DNA of 47,435 bases from Planctomycetota bacterium (GCA_030633885.1 DAOWBV010000002.1:1-47435); one strand, 5' to 3'. Shown: positions 1-9,328, counted from the stretch's first letter. A program made the numbers and translations. Notes: generated by a model not told the origin, from the letters alone.

Positions 1-5
1 ATATT

Positions 6-1505
6 TTGATCATCGCGGTGATCCAGGTGTTTTGTACTTTTGCTTTGATCTCTTTTTTGTTTTACCTGGTCAAGTTTTCGGTAATTAACGCTTTGTTGAT
101 CGGAACGATCAGCGTGGCGACCGCGCCGGTGGCGCTTTTTATTCTGATAAATAAAATGGGGATTGAGGGTGATCTGCGTTACAAAACGGCCACCCTCGTG
201 GTGGTCGGCAATGTTATCCAGATCATCATGTTTTCGGTTTTTGTCCAAATCGCGATGAGTTTAGATCAAGGATCGTTGTTACTCCCGACAAAGATTGTTA
301 GCCAGATGGCCACAGAGATTATTCTGGCGATGGGGCTTGGGTTGGTGGTTTTTCTGTGTTTAAAACTTTTTGTCAAGGAGACCAAAATCGAGACGACCCC
401 GGCGCCGAGTACCGAAAAAACCGGCTTGGGTTTTTTGCGGTTTATTTTTGAAGAGACCCCGACCCCGTCGGTGGAAATATTTCTGGTTATCTTAGGTATA
501 GTCTGCGCCGGTTCGGCCATTGCCTGGAATATGGGTATGCCTTTTCTGATTACTTGTTTAACGGCTGGAATGCTCGTCGCTAATTTTCATACTCGTCGGA
601 TATTTGATACTTTATTCATCGGGAATATTACGCCGATAATCAACTTGATTTTTTTCGCGCTGGTCGGCGCCAGCATTAAACTGACCGCGTACAACTGGTC
701 AATATTGTTTTATGTCAGTGTTTATCTGCTCGGACGCGGGGCGGGTAAATATTTCGGAACCAAGTTCGGCTGTCAACTGACGCGTCAGGATCTTAAGATC
801 ACCCGTTATCTGCCGGTGTTGATGTTGCCGCAGGCCGGGTTAGCCGCGGTTCAACTGGTTTTTCTGGAGACTGCTCTGCCGAAAAGCGGGGAACTGATAT
901 TCCAGATCGTTATTCCGGCCATGCTTGTTTTTGAGGTCGGCGGAATTATGGCGGCCGAACAGACATTGAAACGATGGAAATTATGGGTGGTTGGTGAAAA
1001 AGATGCTTTGCAAGGGCGGAAAGTCCTGGATCAGGAAAAGGTATTATTGCATTCGGTTATTAAGAAAAATAACATTCGGATCCCGTTAGCCGCCAGTGAT
1101 AAGAGTCAGGCAATTAACGAAATGCTGGATTGTCTGGTCGAGAACCGGGAGATCGACCGGAAGGCCAAAACAGCTTTATTCAAGCAATTTATGGCCAGAG
1201 AAAAAATTCAATCAACCGGAGTAGGCGACGGGGTCGCCATTCCTCATATTCGGACCGAATTGACCGATAAAACTATTTGCGCTTTAGGGATTAAAAAGGA
1301 CGAGGGGATTGATTTTGAGTCGATCGACGGCCAGCCGGTAAATATTATTTTTTTATTCCTGTCTGCTGATCGGGAAACGGTCACCCACTTAAAATTACTC
1401 TCAGAAATATCTTTTGTTTTGCGAAAGGACGAGAACAAAAAGTTGATTCAGGGGATAACCAATACGCAAGAAGCCTATGATTTCTTCCGGAATATTAAAC
1501 TGTAA
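6..1505 (+). CDS. Membrane protein, probably 5'-truncated by the window edge. A cation/H+ exchanger-like TM region is fused to a C-terminal PTS EIIA (EIIA-2, Ntr/Fru-type) domain.
   Basis: The frame is open to the window start and the ORF begins inside a hydrophobic helix. There are many TM helices. The C-terminal ~150 aa carries STGVGDGVAIPHIR, the phospho-His motif of the EIIA-2/PtsN family (His codon 1245-1247). Confidence 0.6.
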   Translation: MIIAVIQVFCTFALISFLFYLVKFSVINALLIGTISVATAPVALFILINKMGIEGDLRYKTATLVVVGNVIQIIMFSVFVQIAMSLDQGSLLLPTKIVSQMATEIILAMGLGLVVFLCLKLFVKETKIETTPAPSTEKTGLGFLRFIFEETPTPSVEIFLVILGIVCAGSAIAWNMGMPFLITCLTAGMLVANFHTRRIFDTLFIGNITPIINLIFFALVGASIKLTAYNWSILFYVSVYLLGRGAGKYFGTKFGCQLTRQDLKITRYLPVLMLPQAGLAAVQLVFLETALPKSGELIFQIVIPAMLVFEVGGIMAAEQTLKRWKLWVVGEKDALQGRKVLDQEKVLLHSVIKKNNIRIPLAASDKSQAINEMLDCLVENREIDRKAKTALFKQFMAREKIQSTGVGDGVAIPHIRTELTDKTICALGIKKDEGIDFESIDGQPVNIIFLFLSADRETVTHLKLLSEISFVLRKDENKKLIQGITNTQEAYDFFRNIKL

Positions 1506-1522
1506 CCCCGGCTGAGATTTAT

Positions 1523-1551
1523 TTGACTCTGGTGATATTTGATGTTATAAT
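1523..1551 (+). promoter_or_regulatory. Sigma70-type promoter for the rpsF operon
   Basis: TTGACT (1523-1528), a 17-bp spacer, then TATAAT (1546-1551). It lies 102 nt upstream of the rpsF start. Confidence 0.6.
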
Positions 1552-1554
1552 ACG

Positions 1555-1570
1555 CCCTAATTAATTAGGG
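1555..1570. promoter_or_regulatory. Perfect 16-bp palindrome CCCTAATTAATTAGGG at the predicted transcription start. It could be an operator or a 5'-UTR hairpin.
   Basis: The palindrome was read directly from the sequence. It starts 4 nt after the -10 hexamer. Confidence 0.3.
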
Positions 1571-1653
1571 TCATAAGAGCCTTTATAAGGTTAAAAGGTT
1601 TGGGGCTTAATTCGCTCTGATAACCGATTGGGGCTCATTAAAGGAGATAAAAC

Positions 1654-2040
1654 TTGAATACTTACGAAGCGCTATTCTTGGTTGATCCTACGCAGGCGTC
1701 GACCAACTGGGAGAAAACCGTTAAACATGTGGGTGATCTGCTGACCAAGCAGGAAGCCAAGATCTTAAAAGAAAGTAAATGGGCGGAACGGAAATTAGCT
1801 TATCCCGTGCAACGGCAAAAACGGGGCGCTTATTTGCTGGTTTATTTCGAAGCTCCGTCGGCCAGTATTGCGAAAATAAAAAATGACTGTCAATTATCCG
1901 AAGTTATTTTGCGGGTTCTGATCCTGAGGGCCACCCGGGAAATGATGGCCAGAATGAATAAATCATCGGAGGAGACTCCCGCACCGGGTTCGAAAGAAAA
2001 AAAGACCGTCGAAAAAAAAGAAGCTGTGAAGGAAAAATAA
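1654..2040 (+). CDS. rpsF: 30S ribosomal protein S6
   Basis: MNTYEALFLVDP... is a typical S6 N-terminus. TTG start preceded by an AGGAG RBS. Conserved rpsF-ssb-rpsR-rplI synteny. Confidence 0.93.
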   Translation: MNTYEALFLVDPTQASTNWEKTVKHVGDLLTKQEAKILKESKWAERKLAYPVQRQKRGAYLLVYFEAPSASIAKIKNDCQLSEVILRVLILRATREMMARMNKSSEETPAPGSKEKKTVEKKEAVKEK

Positions 2041-2094
2041 TACCGGCAAACAAATTGATCGGTTATTCGTAATTAACAAACAGAGGAGTTAACC

Positions 2095-2529
2095 ATGGCC
2101 AGTTTTAATAAAGCTTTATTGATGGGTAATTTGACGCGTGATCCGGAACTGCGTTATACTCCGGACGGCAAGCCGGTTTGTAGTTTCGGCCTGGCGGTCA
2201 ACAATTTTTATACCACCAGCAGCGGCGAAAAAAAACAGGACACGGTTTTTATTGATATTACGGTTTGGGGTAAACAGGCCGAGAATTGTGCCGAGTATTT
2301 GAAAAAAGGACGGACGGCGTTTGTCGACGGCCGTTTGGAAATGGATACTTGGGAAGGTAAAGACGGTCAGAAACGTTCGAAGATCCGGGTCGTGGCCATG
2401 AGCGTTCAGTTTATCGGCGGTCCGCGGAGCGAAAGCGCCGGCGCCCGATCAACGGGAAAATCAACCCCTGCTTCTCAGGACGGAGCGACGGATGCACCAC
2501 CGGAAGAAAAAGAAGATATCCCTTTTTAA
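2095..2529 (+). CDS. ssb: Single-stranded DNA-binding protein
   Basis: OB-fold N-terminus NKALLMGNLTRDPELRYTPDG, a Gly/Ser/Pro-rich linker and an acidic C-terminal tail ending DIPF. GAGGAG RBS. Confidence 0.95.
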   Translation: MASFNKALLMGNLTRDPELRYTPDGKPVCSFGLAVNNFYTTSSGEKKQDTVFIDITVWGKQAENCAEYLKKGRTAFVDGRLEMDTWEGKDGQKRSKIRVVAMSVQFIGGPRSESAGARSTGKSTPASQDGATDAPPEEKEDIPF

Positions 2530-2649
2530 AAAGTATTTTAATTTACCCAACCCTTTTGACAAAAAGAGCGGGGTTCAATTCGCGCCGATAATTTAGCGGC
2601 GCCCTAACGGGACGACGTAAGTTATACGCTCATTGAAGGAGAGAATCGC

Positions 2650-2880
2650 ATGGCTTTTAGAAAATACCAGAAGTTCCACAAAGTTAAAAAATGCCGTTTT
2701 TGTCAGCAGAAAATAGATCTGATCGATTACAAAGACGTGGCTACCATCCAGAAATATTGTAACCAGCAGGGTAAAATATCGTCCCGGAAACGGACCGGCT
2801 GTTGTGCCAAGCATCAACGGATGATTACCCAGGCCATCAAACAATCCCGCTTCATGGCCCTGATGCCGTACATCGGATAG
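2650..2880 (+). CDS. rpsR: 30S ribosomal protein S18
   Basis: CRFCQQKIDLIDYKDV...ISSRKRTG...KHQR is the S18 signature. AAGGAGA RBS. Confidence 0.93.
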   Translation: MAFRKYQKFHKVKKCRFCQQKIDLIDYKDVATIQKYCNQQGKISSRKRTGCCAKHQRMITQAIKQSRFMALMPYIG

Positions 2881-2909
2881 AATTTCCAAGCCCGATCAAG
2901 ATCGGCGTG

Positions 2910-3025
2910 TCCCGTTAGAGATCACGAAGATTGCTGGCAAAAGTACTTTAAAAATAAAACAAACTCCCATTAGAGCTGATGCGATGCGACGGTCGTTATT
3001 AAATAACGACCTATCTCTAACGGGA
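2910..3025. repeat. MITE-like dispersed intergenic element, copy 1 (116 bp)
   Basis: 13-bp terminal inverted repeats: TCCCGTTAGAGAT (2910-2922) and ATCTCTAACGGGA (3013-3025). Internal near-perfect hairpin GGTCGTTATTAAATAACGACC (2991-3011). One end, CCCGTTAGAGATAGGTCG, is shared with copy 3. Confidence 0.6.
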
Positions 3026-3066
3026 TGATACTTTTCTGATATATTTTTATTTAGGAGTCCAAGATT

Positions 3067-3543
3067 ATGAAAGAAGTTTTACTCTGGCGGGATATTGATA
3101 AATTGGGAAAAAGAGGCGAAGTGGTTAGAGTGGCTGATGGCTATGCCCGGAATTATCTTTTTCCCCATCGGTTGGCTTCCCTGCCGACCCCGCAAAATTT
3201 GAAAGAACTGGAATACGAAAAGAAACGACAGTCTAAAAAAGCGGAAAAATTAAAAACCGGCGTTAAAGATCTAGCTACTCAGATCGAAAAAACATCGTGC
3301 ACGATTGAAGTTAAAGCCAACGAAGATGGAACTCTTTTCGGGGCCGTCAGCCCCCAGTTGATCATCGACGCCTTGAAACAGGAAGGAGCGGTTGGGATCG
3401 AACCGGGAATGATCGAATTGGAAATGCCCATTAAAGAACTCGGGGTTTATCGCGTGACCGTCCGGTTGCATTCGGAAGTAAGCGCTACCTGCCGGCTCTG
3501 GGTGGTCGAAGAGTCGGAAGACGCCAAAAAAGAAAAAAGTTAA
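3067..3543 (+). CDS. rplI: 50S ribosomal protein L9
   Basis: MKEVLLWRDIDKLGKRGEVVRVADGYARNYLFP is the canonical L9 N-terminus. Confidence 0.93.
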   Translation: MKEVLLWRDIDKLGKRGEVVRVADGYARNYLFPHRLASLPTPQNLKELEYEKKRQSKKAEKLKTGVKDLATQIEKTSCTIEVKANEDGTLFGAVSPQLIIDALKQEGAVGIEPGMIELEMPIKELGVYRVTVRLHSEVSATCRLWVVEESEDAKKEKS

Positions 3544-3548
3544 ATTTC

Positions 3549-4916
3549 ATGGCCACCGTTACGAATACCAACAAACAAATAACCTCGGAATATCAGCCGC
3601 CTCATGATATTGAAGCGGAAATGTCTTTATTGGGCTCCGTCATTCTGGATAATTCGGTCCTGGCGGATATCCATCGGCTGATCAGTCCAGAATCTTTTTA
3701 TCACTCCTATCATCAAGTTATTTATGAAATTCTGGTTAAGTTCCATCTGGATGAACACCGGGCGATCGACGTGGTTATCCTGAAAGATGAATTAAGCCAG
3801 AAAGGTCTTCTGGAAAAAGTCGGCGGTATCGATTATCTGACTTCCCTGATGGAATCCGTGCCTTCGTCGGCCAACGCCGATTATTATGCCCGGATCGTCT
3901 GGGAAAAATATATTTTGCGGTCTATTATGTTGACCTGCCATCAGATTCTCCGGCAGGCGGTTCAGCCGAACGTTAAATCGAATGATCTTTTAAACGAAGC
4001 CCAGCGAATGATTTTTGATATTGCCCGTCGGAAAGAATTGGAAAAGAGCAACCAGATCAAGGATATTCTGGATGATGTTTTTAAAAATCGGATTATGGAG
4101 TCATTCGATCGGAAAACCCGTCTGCTGGGTATGCCGACGGGTCTGATTGAACTGGATGATCTTCTGAGCGGTTTGCAGGGTGGCCAGTTGATCATCGTGG
4201 CCGGACGACCCGGTACGGGCAAGTCCAGTTTCGCCTTGAAATTGCTCGACCAGATATCCCTGAAGGAAAACAAACCGGCGGCTATTTTTACCTTGGAAGT
4301 GACCGATCAGCAGCTGGTCCAGAATTTACTTTGCGCGCATAGTCAGGTGAACAGTCAACATTTACGGAAAGGCATGATCGATGATGAGGCCAAGAATCAC
4401 TTATTACTGGCCGCCGGGGCATTCCGGGAAAGCCCTATTTTTATTGATGATTCCTCGGAACTTTCCCCTCAGGATCTGCGTTTCAAAGCCCGGCGTCTCA
4501 AGGCCGATTACGATATTCAGATATTGATCGTTGATTACCTGCAGTTAATGCAGTTAAAAGGCGCGGAAAGTCGTCAGATAGAGATCGCCAGTATTTCCTT
4601 CGCGTTGAAAAGTCTGGCCAAGGAATTGAATATTCCCGTGGTCGCCATGGCCCAGCTCAGCCGGGCCGCGGAACAGCGGGACACCAAACATCCTCGGCCG
4701 CGTCTTTCCGACTTGCGGGAATCCGGCGCTATCGAACAGGACGCGGACGTCGTTTTATTGCTTTACCGCGAAGAACTTTATGATTCCAATAATCCGGCTG
4801 TTCATAATATTTGTGAGGTCGAGATCGCCAAACAACGGAACGGCCCGATCGGCCGAGTTAAGGTGACTTTCCTGCAAGAATACACCCGGTTTGAAAATTT
4901 TCACCAGGAACAATAA
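3549..4916 (+). CDS. dnaB: Replicative DNA helicase DnaB
   Basis: PPHDIEAEMSLLGS N-terminal motif, Walker A GRPGTGKSSFAL, RecA-like C-terminal domain, and position after rplI. Confidence 0.95.
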   Translation: MATVTNTNKQITSEYQPPHDIEAEMSLLGSVILDNSVLADIHRLISPESFYHSYHQVIYEILVKFHLDEHRAIDVVILKDELSQKGLLEKVGGIDYLTSLMESVPSSANADYYARIVWEKYILRSIMLTCHQILRQAVQPNVKSNDLLNEAQRMIFDIARRKELEKSNQIKDILDDVFKNRIMESFDRKTRLLGMPTGLIELDDLLSGLQGGQLIIVAGRPGTGKSSFALKLLDQISLKENKPAAIFTLEVTDQQLVQNLLCAHSQVNSQHLRKGMIDDEAKNHLLLAAGAFRESPIFIDDSSELSPQDLRFKARRLKADYDIQILIVDYLQLMQLKGAESRQIEIASISFALKSLAKELNIPVVAMAQLSRAAEQRDTKHPRPRLSDLRESGAIEQDADVVLLLYREELYDSNNPAVHNICEVEIAKQRNGPIGRVKVTFLQEYTRFENFHQEQ

Positions 4917-7322
4917 ATGATGGTTCAAAAATATCGCGTTTTATTGGTCAGTGGCCTGATCTTTTTTCTCGGCCTGGTTTTTTTACCTGTCGTTCAGGCC
5001 CAGGCGGATCAGGACCAGTCCGCCACTCCGGAAAAAAAAATAATCAAAGAAATAAAACTGGTCGGCCTGACGCATACCAACCCTCAACATATCCGCAATA
5101 AAATTCAGTCTAAGGAGAACAGTCCACTCGATTCCACGATTCTGGATGGCGATATTCAACGTTTGCATGGGACCGGTCTTTTTGCCGATATTGATATCCA
5201 GCAGGTGTCCCGGCCGGACGGTGGCCTGAACCTGATATTTGTTTTTCGGGAAAATGAATACGTGGAAGGGGTGATCGTGGACGGGATGAAGGAGTTGAGA
5301 CCCAATACCGTCAGAGAAAATTTCAAGATCGTGGCTGATCAGCCCTTTGATCCGTTTTTTATAAAACAGGATATCGATTGGATCCGGAGCGAATATCTGA
5401 AAAAAGGATTCCCTTTTGTCGAAGTGAAACACCGGGTGGAAGATGGTTTCCGGGGAAAACTTGTTTATTATTTGATTCACGAAGGACCGAAAGTTAAAGT
5501 CAAGAAAATTATTTTTACCGGCAATAAAAACTTTGCCCGCCGGCGGGCCCTGTTGTTATTTTCCAAAAACCCGCTTCTGAAAATTATTAAAACTCAGCCC
5601 AGCTACTGGTATTCTTCTTCTTATTATAATGAACAGCAATTACAGATTGATCTGGAACGACTAAAAACTTTTTATCGGGAAAAAGGCTTTCTCGATGTAA
5701 ATGCTTTTATCGCTGATGTAATCTTTAATGAAGATCGGAGCAAGGCCGAGATAGCGATCCATATTGATGAGGGCGCTCGGTATCATATTGGGGATTTAAA
5801 GATCGCCGGGAATGCCGTTTTGACTTCCGACGAAATAACTGAAAAAATTAAATTACAGGCCGGTAGTCCTTATATTTTAAAGACTATTATGACTGACCTG
5901 CGGGCTATTAAAAGTTTATACGGCCGGCAGGGTTATATCGACTGTGATATCGACATCCGGACTCACTTCCCATTGGAACCCGGGCGCGTGAATGTTACCT
6001 ATCAGATTGAAGAGGGGCATATCAAACACCTGAACCAGATCAAGATTGTTGGTAATGAGAAGACCAAAGATAAAGTTATCCGGCACCGGGTCGAACTTTA
6101 TCCCGGTGAGTTGGTTGATTACGATAAGATCAAATTAAGCCTGGATCACATCTGGTCTACCCGTTATTTTGAAATGGTTGATTTTGATCTGGAAGACGCG
6201 GCGCAACCGCATTACAAGAATATTACCTTTAAAGTCCGGGAAGGCATGACCGGGATGCTTCGGATCGGCGGCGGTTACAGTTCCACTTCCGGTTGGGGCG
6301 GTATGCTCGAGATGCAGGAGAGTAATTTTGATATCACCCGCTGGCCGACCGGGATCGGTAATTTTTTTACCCAGGCTTTTCGGGGCGGGGGCCAGCAGTT
6401 TCGCATTTACTGGCAACCGGGCAGTCTGGAAAAATCTTCCGGTGTTAACTTCCTCGAACCTTATTTTCTTAATAAACCGATAAAGTTAGGATTTAATTAT
6501 TTTAAATCCGATCGTGACTGGACTAATTATGACGAAAAACGGCAAGGGGCTTCGGTTACCCTGGCCCGCCGGTTCAAGAAAAATGTCTGGGAAATAGGGT
6601 TAACCCCCCGGGCTGAGACGATCGAAGTTTCTAATGTCAATGAGGACGCGGGCAATACTGTGATCGATGAATTAAAAGGTACCAACCGGATCCGGAGCAT
6701 TAACAGTTGGTTGACCTGGGATAAACGGAACAGTTGGATGGTGCCGTCGAAAGGCTTTAAAACCAGCCTTAGTTATGAATACACCGGCGGGAGATTGGGG
6801 GGCGATTTTAATTTCCTCAAAACTTATTATAAATTCAAGCAATTTAATAATCTTTCTTCTTTGGAAAATAAAAAAATAGTTTTGAGTTTTGAAAGTCGGC
6901 TGGGCGTGGTCAAAGAATTTGGCGATTCCGATGCGGTGCCGATTTTCGAACGTTTTTACGCCGGCGGTATCAGTACGGTTCGCGGTTTTGAGTACCGGAC
7001 TATCAGCCCGAAAGAAAACGGTCTTTCTGTCGGAGGAAGGGTCCTGGCCGTTTTACGGGCGGAATTGACTTTTCCTCTTTACACCGAAGAAGTCCAGGCA
7101 CGGCCGTTAGATATTATGCGGGGTGTTTTATTTTACGACGCTGGTAATGTGGCCAATAAATGGAAAGATCTGAAGTGGGAGACGGCTCGGTCTTCGGCCG
7201 GGCTGGGTCTTCGTTTTCAGTTGGGTCCATTGCCGATTGAAGTCGCTTTCAGTTACCCGATCAAAGAAGAAGATGACGATGAGACCGAAAGATTGCAATT
7301 GAACTTTGGTTTTAATTATTAA
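4917..7322 (+). CDS. bamA: Outer membrane protein assembly factor BamA (POTRA repeats plus Omp85 barrel)
   Basis: Signal peptide, repeated POTRA-like segments, C-terminal barrel ending in an aromatic residue (NFGFNY), and conserved bamA-skp-lpxD synteny. Confidence 0.9.
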   Translation: MMVQKYRVLLVSGLIFFLGLVFLPVVQAQADQDQSATPEKKIIKEIKLVGLTHTNPQHIRNKIQSKENSPLDSTILDGDIQRLHGTGLFADIDIQQVSRPDGGLNLIFVFRENEYVEGVIVDGMKELRPNTVRENFKIVADQPFDPFFIKQDIDWIRSEYLKKGFPFVEVKHRVEDGFRGKLVYYLIHEGPKVKVKKIIFTGNKNFARRRALLLFSKNPLLKIIKTQPSYWYSSSYYNEQQLQIDLERLKTFYREKGFLDVNAFIADVIFNEDRSKAEIAIHIDEGARYHIGDLKIAGNAVLTSDEITEKIKLQAGSPYILKTIMTDLRAIKSLYGRQGYIDCDIDIRTHFPLEPGRVNVTYQIEEGHIKHLNQIKIVGNEKTKDKVIRHRVELYPGELVDYDKIKLSLDHIWSTRYFEMVDFDLEDAAQPHYKNITFKVREGMTGMLRIGGGYSSTSGWGGMLEMQESNFDITRWPTGIGNFFTQAFRGGGQQFRIYWQPGSLEKSSGVNFLEPYFLNKPIKLGFNYFKSDRDWTNYDEKRQGASVTLARRFKKNVWEIGLTPRAETIEVSNVNEDAGNTVIDELKGTNRIRSINSWLTWDKRNSWMVPSKGFKTSLSYEYTGGRLGGDFNFLKTYYKFKQFNNLSSLENKKIVLSFESRLGVVKEFGDSDAVPIFERFYAGGISTVRGFEYRTISPKENGLSVGGRVLAVLRAELTFPLYTEEVQARPLDIMRGVLFYDAGNVANKWKDLKWETARSSAGLGLRFQLGPLPIEVAFSYPIKEEDDDETERLQLNFGFNY

Positions 7323-7332
7323 GGAGAAGACA

Positions 7333-8067
7333 ATGAAAGCAAAGATAAAATTAGTAACTATTTGTCTGGTGATAATTATGTTTTGTTTTGCCGGACAAGG
7401 CTGGTTGGTTGATCAGGCCTGGGCGCAGGAATCAGAAGAAGACGTACCTCCTTCTTTGTTGGGCCCGGAGTTGTTTCCGACTGATCCGGCCGAAGCCGAA
7501 AAGGAAACTCCGGCTGTTGAAGAGCCCGCTGTCGAAGAACCTGTGGCCGAAGAACTACCGGCGCAGGAGGCCCCGGCGGCGTCTTTGAAGATCGGCGTGG
7601 TCAATGTCGCCCGGGTGTTCAAGCAGTACAAAAAAACCAGGGAATTCGAGGCCCTGCTGGAGAACGAAACTAAAAAAGAACAATTAAAGCTGAAAGATAT
7701 TGAAGAAAAGGTTAAAACCCTGCGTGAAGAACTGGACAGTGATGTTATGTCACCGGACAGCCCGCTTCGCCGGACTAAGACTGAAGAATTAATGGTTCTT
7801 CAGTCGCGTTGGGAGTACCTGGCCAAGAATTGGAGCAAATGGATGCAGATGAAAGTTAATAAACATACCGTGCAAATATATAATGAGATCCGGGAAGTGA
7901 TCGAGCAGCACGGAAAAGACAATGATTTTACTTTTATTTTGAAGGTTGATCCGACGTTGGATAAGAATCGTGATAATTCCACAGAGGAAATTAATTTTCG
8001 AGTCCTTCTTTATTACGCGCCTTCAGTTGATATTACCGGCGAGATTATTAAAGTCTTAAACCAATAA
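7333..8067 (+). CDS. skp: Periplasmic chaperone Skp/OmpH family
   Basis: The ATG at 7333 has an AAGGAGA RBS, whereas the ORF-track start at 7306 overlaps bamA. Signal peptide, an acidic PAVEE-type low-complexity stretch, then the coiled-coil OmpH motif IGVVNVARVF. Located between bamA and lpxD. Confidence 0.85.
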   Translation: MKAKIKLVTICLVIIMFCFAGQGWLVDQAWAQESEEDVPPSLLGPELFPTDPAEAEKETPAVEEPAVEEPVAEELPAQEAPAASLKIGVVNVARVFKQYKKTREFEALLENETKKEQLKLKDIEEKVKTLREELDSDVMSPDSPLRRTKTEELMVLQSRWEYLAKNWSKWMQMKVNKHTVQIYNEIREVIEQHGKDNDFTFILKVDPTLDKNRDNSTEEINFRVLLYYAPSVDITGEIIKVLNQ

Positions 8068-8171
8068 TTAAAATAATCTTGCTTCGTCCGAGGGACTTCG
8101 GCAAGGCCCGTCTGCGGCAAACCTACGGACGGGTAAACAAGTGGTATTAAATTAATCTGTTGTTGAATTTT

Positions 8172-9200
8172 ATGAAGACAACGGTTGCGAAATTAGCGAA
8201 GTTAGTTAACGGAACAGTTTCCGGTAATAAAAACACTTCTTTAGCCGGTGTGGCCGGACTGAAAGAGGCCCGACCCGGTGACGTTTCCTTTCTGGCCAAT
8301 AAGAAATACATCAACCTTCTCAAAATCACACGAGCTTCGGCGGTGCTGGTTAATCCGGAGGTCAAAGTACCGGCTGATTTGACCGTTATCCGGGTAAAAA
8401 ATCCTGATTTGGCCTGTATCCGGGTACTGGAATATTTCAGTCCCAAACCACCCGCGTTGGTTAAAGGCGTGCATTCGAAAGCCGTGGTGGCTAAGAATGT
8501 GAGACTGGGAAAAAACGTCAGTATTCAGCCTTACGTTGTTGTTCAACCAGGCAGTCGAATTGGTGATCAAACCGTATTTTACCCCAATGTTTATATCGGG
8601 CACGATGTGACTATTGGAAAAAATTGTTGCTTTTATCCCAATGTGGTCATTCGGGAAAAAACGGTCATTGGTGATAACGTTATTATTCACAGTGGTACGG
8701 TTATTGGTTCCGACGGGTTTGGCTATACCGTGGATGATGGCCGGCAACACAAGATACCGCAGGTCGGTACGGTCGAGATCGGGGATGACGTGGAGATCGG
8801 GGCGAACGTAGCCATCGACCGGGCCCGGTTTGACAAAACGATTATTAGAAAAGGGACCAAGATAGATAATTTGGTCCATATTGCGCACAACGTTGAGATC
8901 GGCGAAAACTCGCTCATTCTTGCCCAGGTCGGTATTGCCGGCAGTTCAAAGCTTGGGCAGAATGTTATTTTTGCCGGTCAGAGCGGAGTGATCGGTCATG
9001 TCGATGTAGGCGATAACGCGATCGTGGCCGCCAAATCCGTAGCTACCCGGGATGTGCCGCCGGGCAAGACGGTTTCCGGTGTTCCGGCCCGGGATCATAA
9101 AGAAGAACTTCGCGTCCGGGCCGCCCAGATCAAATTGCCCGAACTGTTCAAGACCATTCGGGAACTCAAAGCCGAAATAGAAAAACTAAAGAAAAAATAA
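8172..9200 (+). CDS. lpxD: UDP-3-O-acylglucosamine N-acyltransferase LpxD
   Basis: N-terminal LAKLVNG...G domain followed by long left-handed beta-helix hexapeptide repeats. Start is ambiguous (TTG at 8160 or ATG at 8172). Confidence 0.9.
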   Translation: MKTTVAKLAKLVNGTVSGNKNTSLAGVAGLKEARPGDVSFLANKKYINLLKITRASAVLVNPEVKVPADLTVIRVKNPDLACIRVLEYFSPKPPALVKGVHSKAVVAKNVRLGKNVSIQPYVVVQPGSRIGDQTVFYPNVYIGHDVTIGKNCCFYPNVVIREKTVIGDNVIIHSGTVIGSDGFGYTVDDGRQHKIPQVGTVEIGDDVEIGANVAIDRARFDKTIIRKGTKIDNLVHIAHNVEIGENSLILAQVGIAGSSKLGQNVIFAGQSGVIGHVDVGDNAIVAAKSVATRDVPPGKTVSGVPARDHKEELRVRAAQIKLPELFKTIRELKAEIEKLKKK

Positions 9201-9256
9201 TCTGTCGGATCAAATCAACTTGATCGCTCGTCATATTAGCACTTCAAATAATTACA

Positions 9257-9285
9257 TTGACCCGACTAAAAATATTTGTTATAGT
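9257..9285 (+). promoter_or_regulatory. Sigma70-type promoter upstream of lpxC/fabZ
   Basis: TTGACC (9257-9262), a 17-bp spacer, then TATAGT (9280-9285). It lies 43 nt upstream of the TTG start at 9329. Confidence 0.5.
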
Positions 9286-9328
9286 AATCAAAATTAATTA
9301 AGTTGAAATAAGTCCAGGAGACAGGATT

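Noticed and set aside
2604-2612. Fourth partial match (CTAACGGGA) to the MITE-like terminus, upstream of rpsR
   Set aside because: It is only 9 nt, and a chance match of that length is plausible in ~95 kb of two-strand sequence. There is no partner terminus.
2593-2889. 98-aa minus-strand ORF covering rpsR
   Set aside because: rpsR on the plus strand has the canonical S18 signature and an RBS. The antisense ORF has neither.
4983-5480. 165-aa minus-strand ORF inside bamA
   Set aside because: It is antisense to the POTRA-coding region of bamA and is likely spurious.
7511-7585. Short tandem-like DNA repeats in skp (PAVEEPAVEEPVAEE) and in secretin B (~23950-24010, PTTPTTPTTPATP)
   Set aside because: These are in-frame low-complexity linker-coding segments within well-supported genes, not independent elements.
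8241-8888. 215-aa ORF antisense to lpxD, plus smaller ORFs at 8614-8811 and 8723-8917
   Set aside because: It lies wholly inside the hexapeptide-repeat region of lpxD. Repetitive beta-helix coding sequence commonly leaves antisense frames open. It has no RBS and no recognisable motifs.
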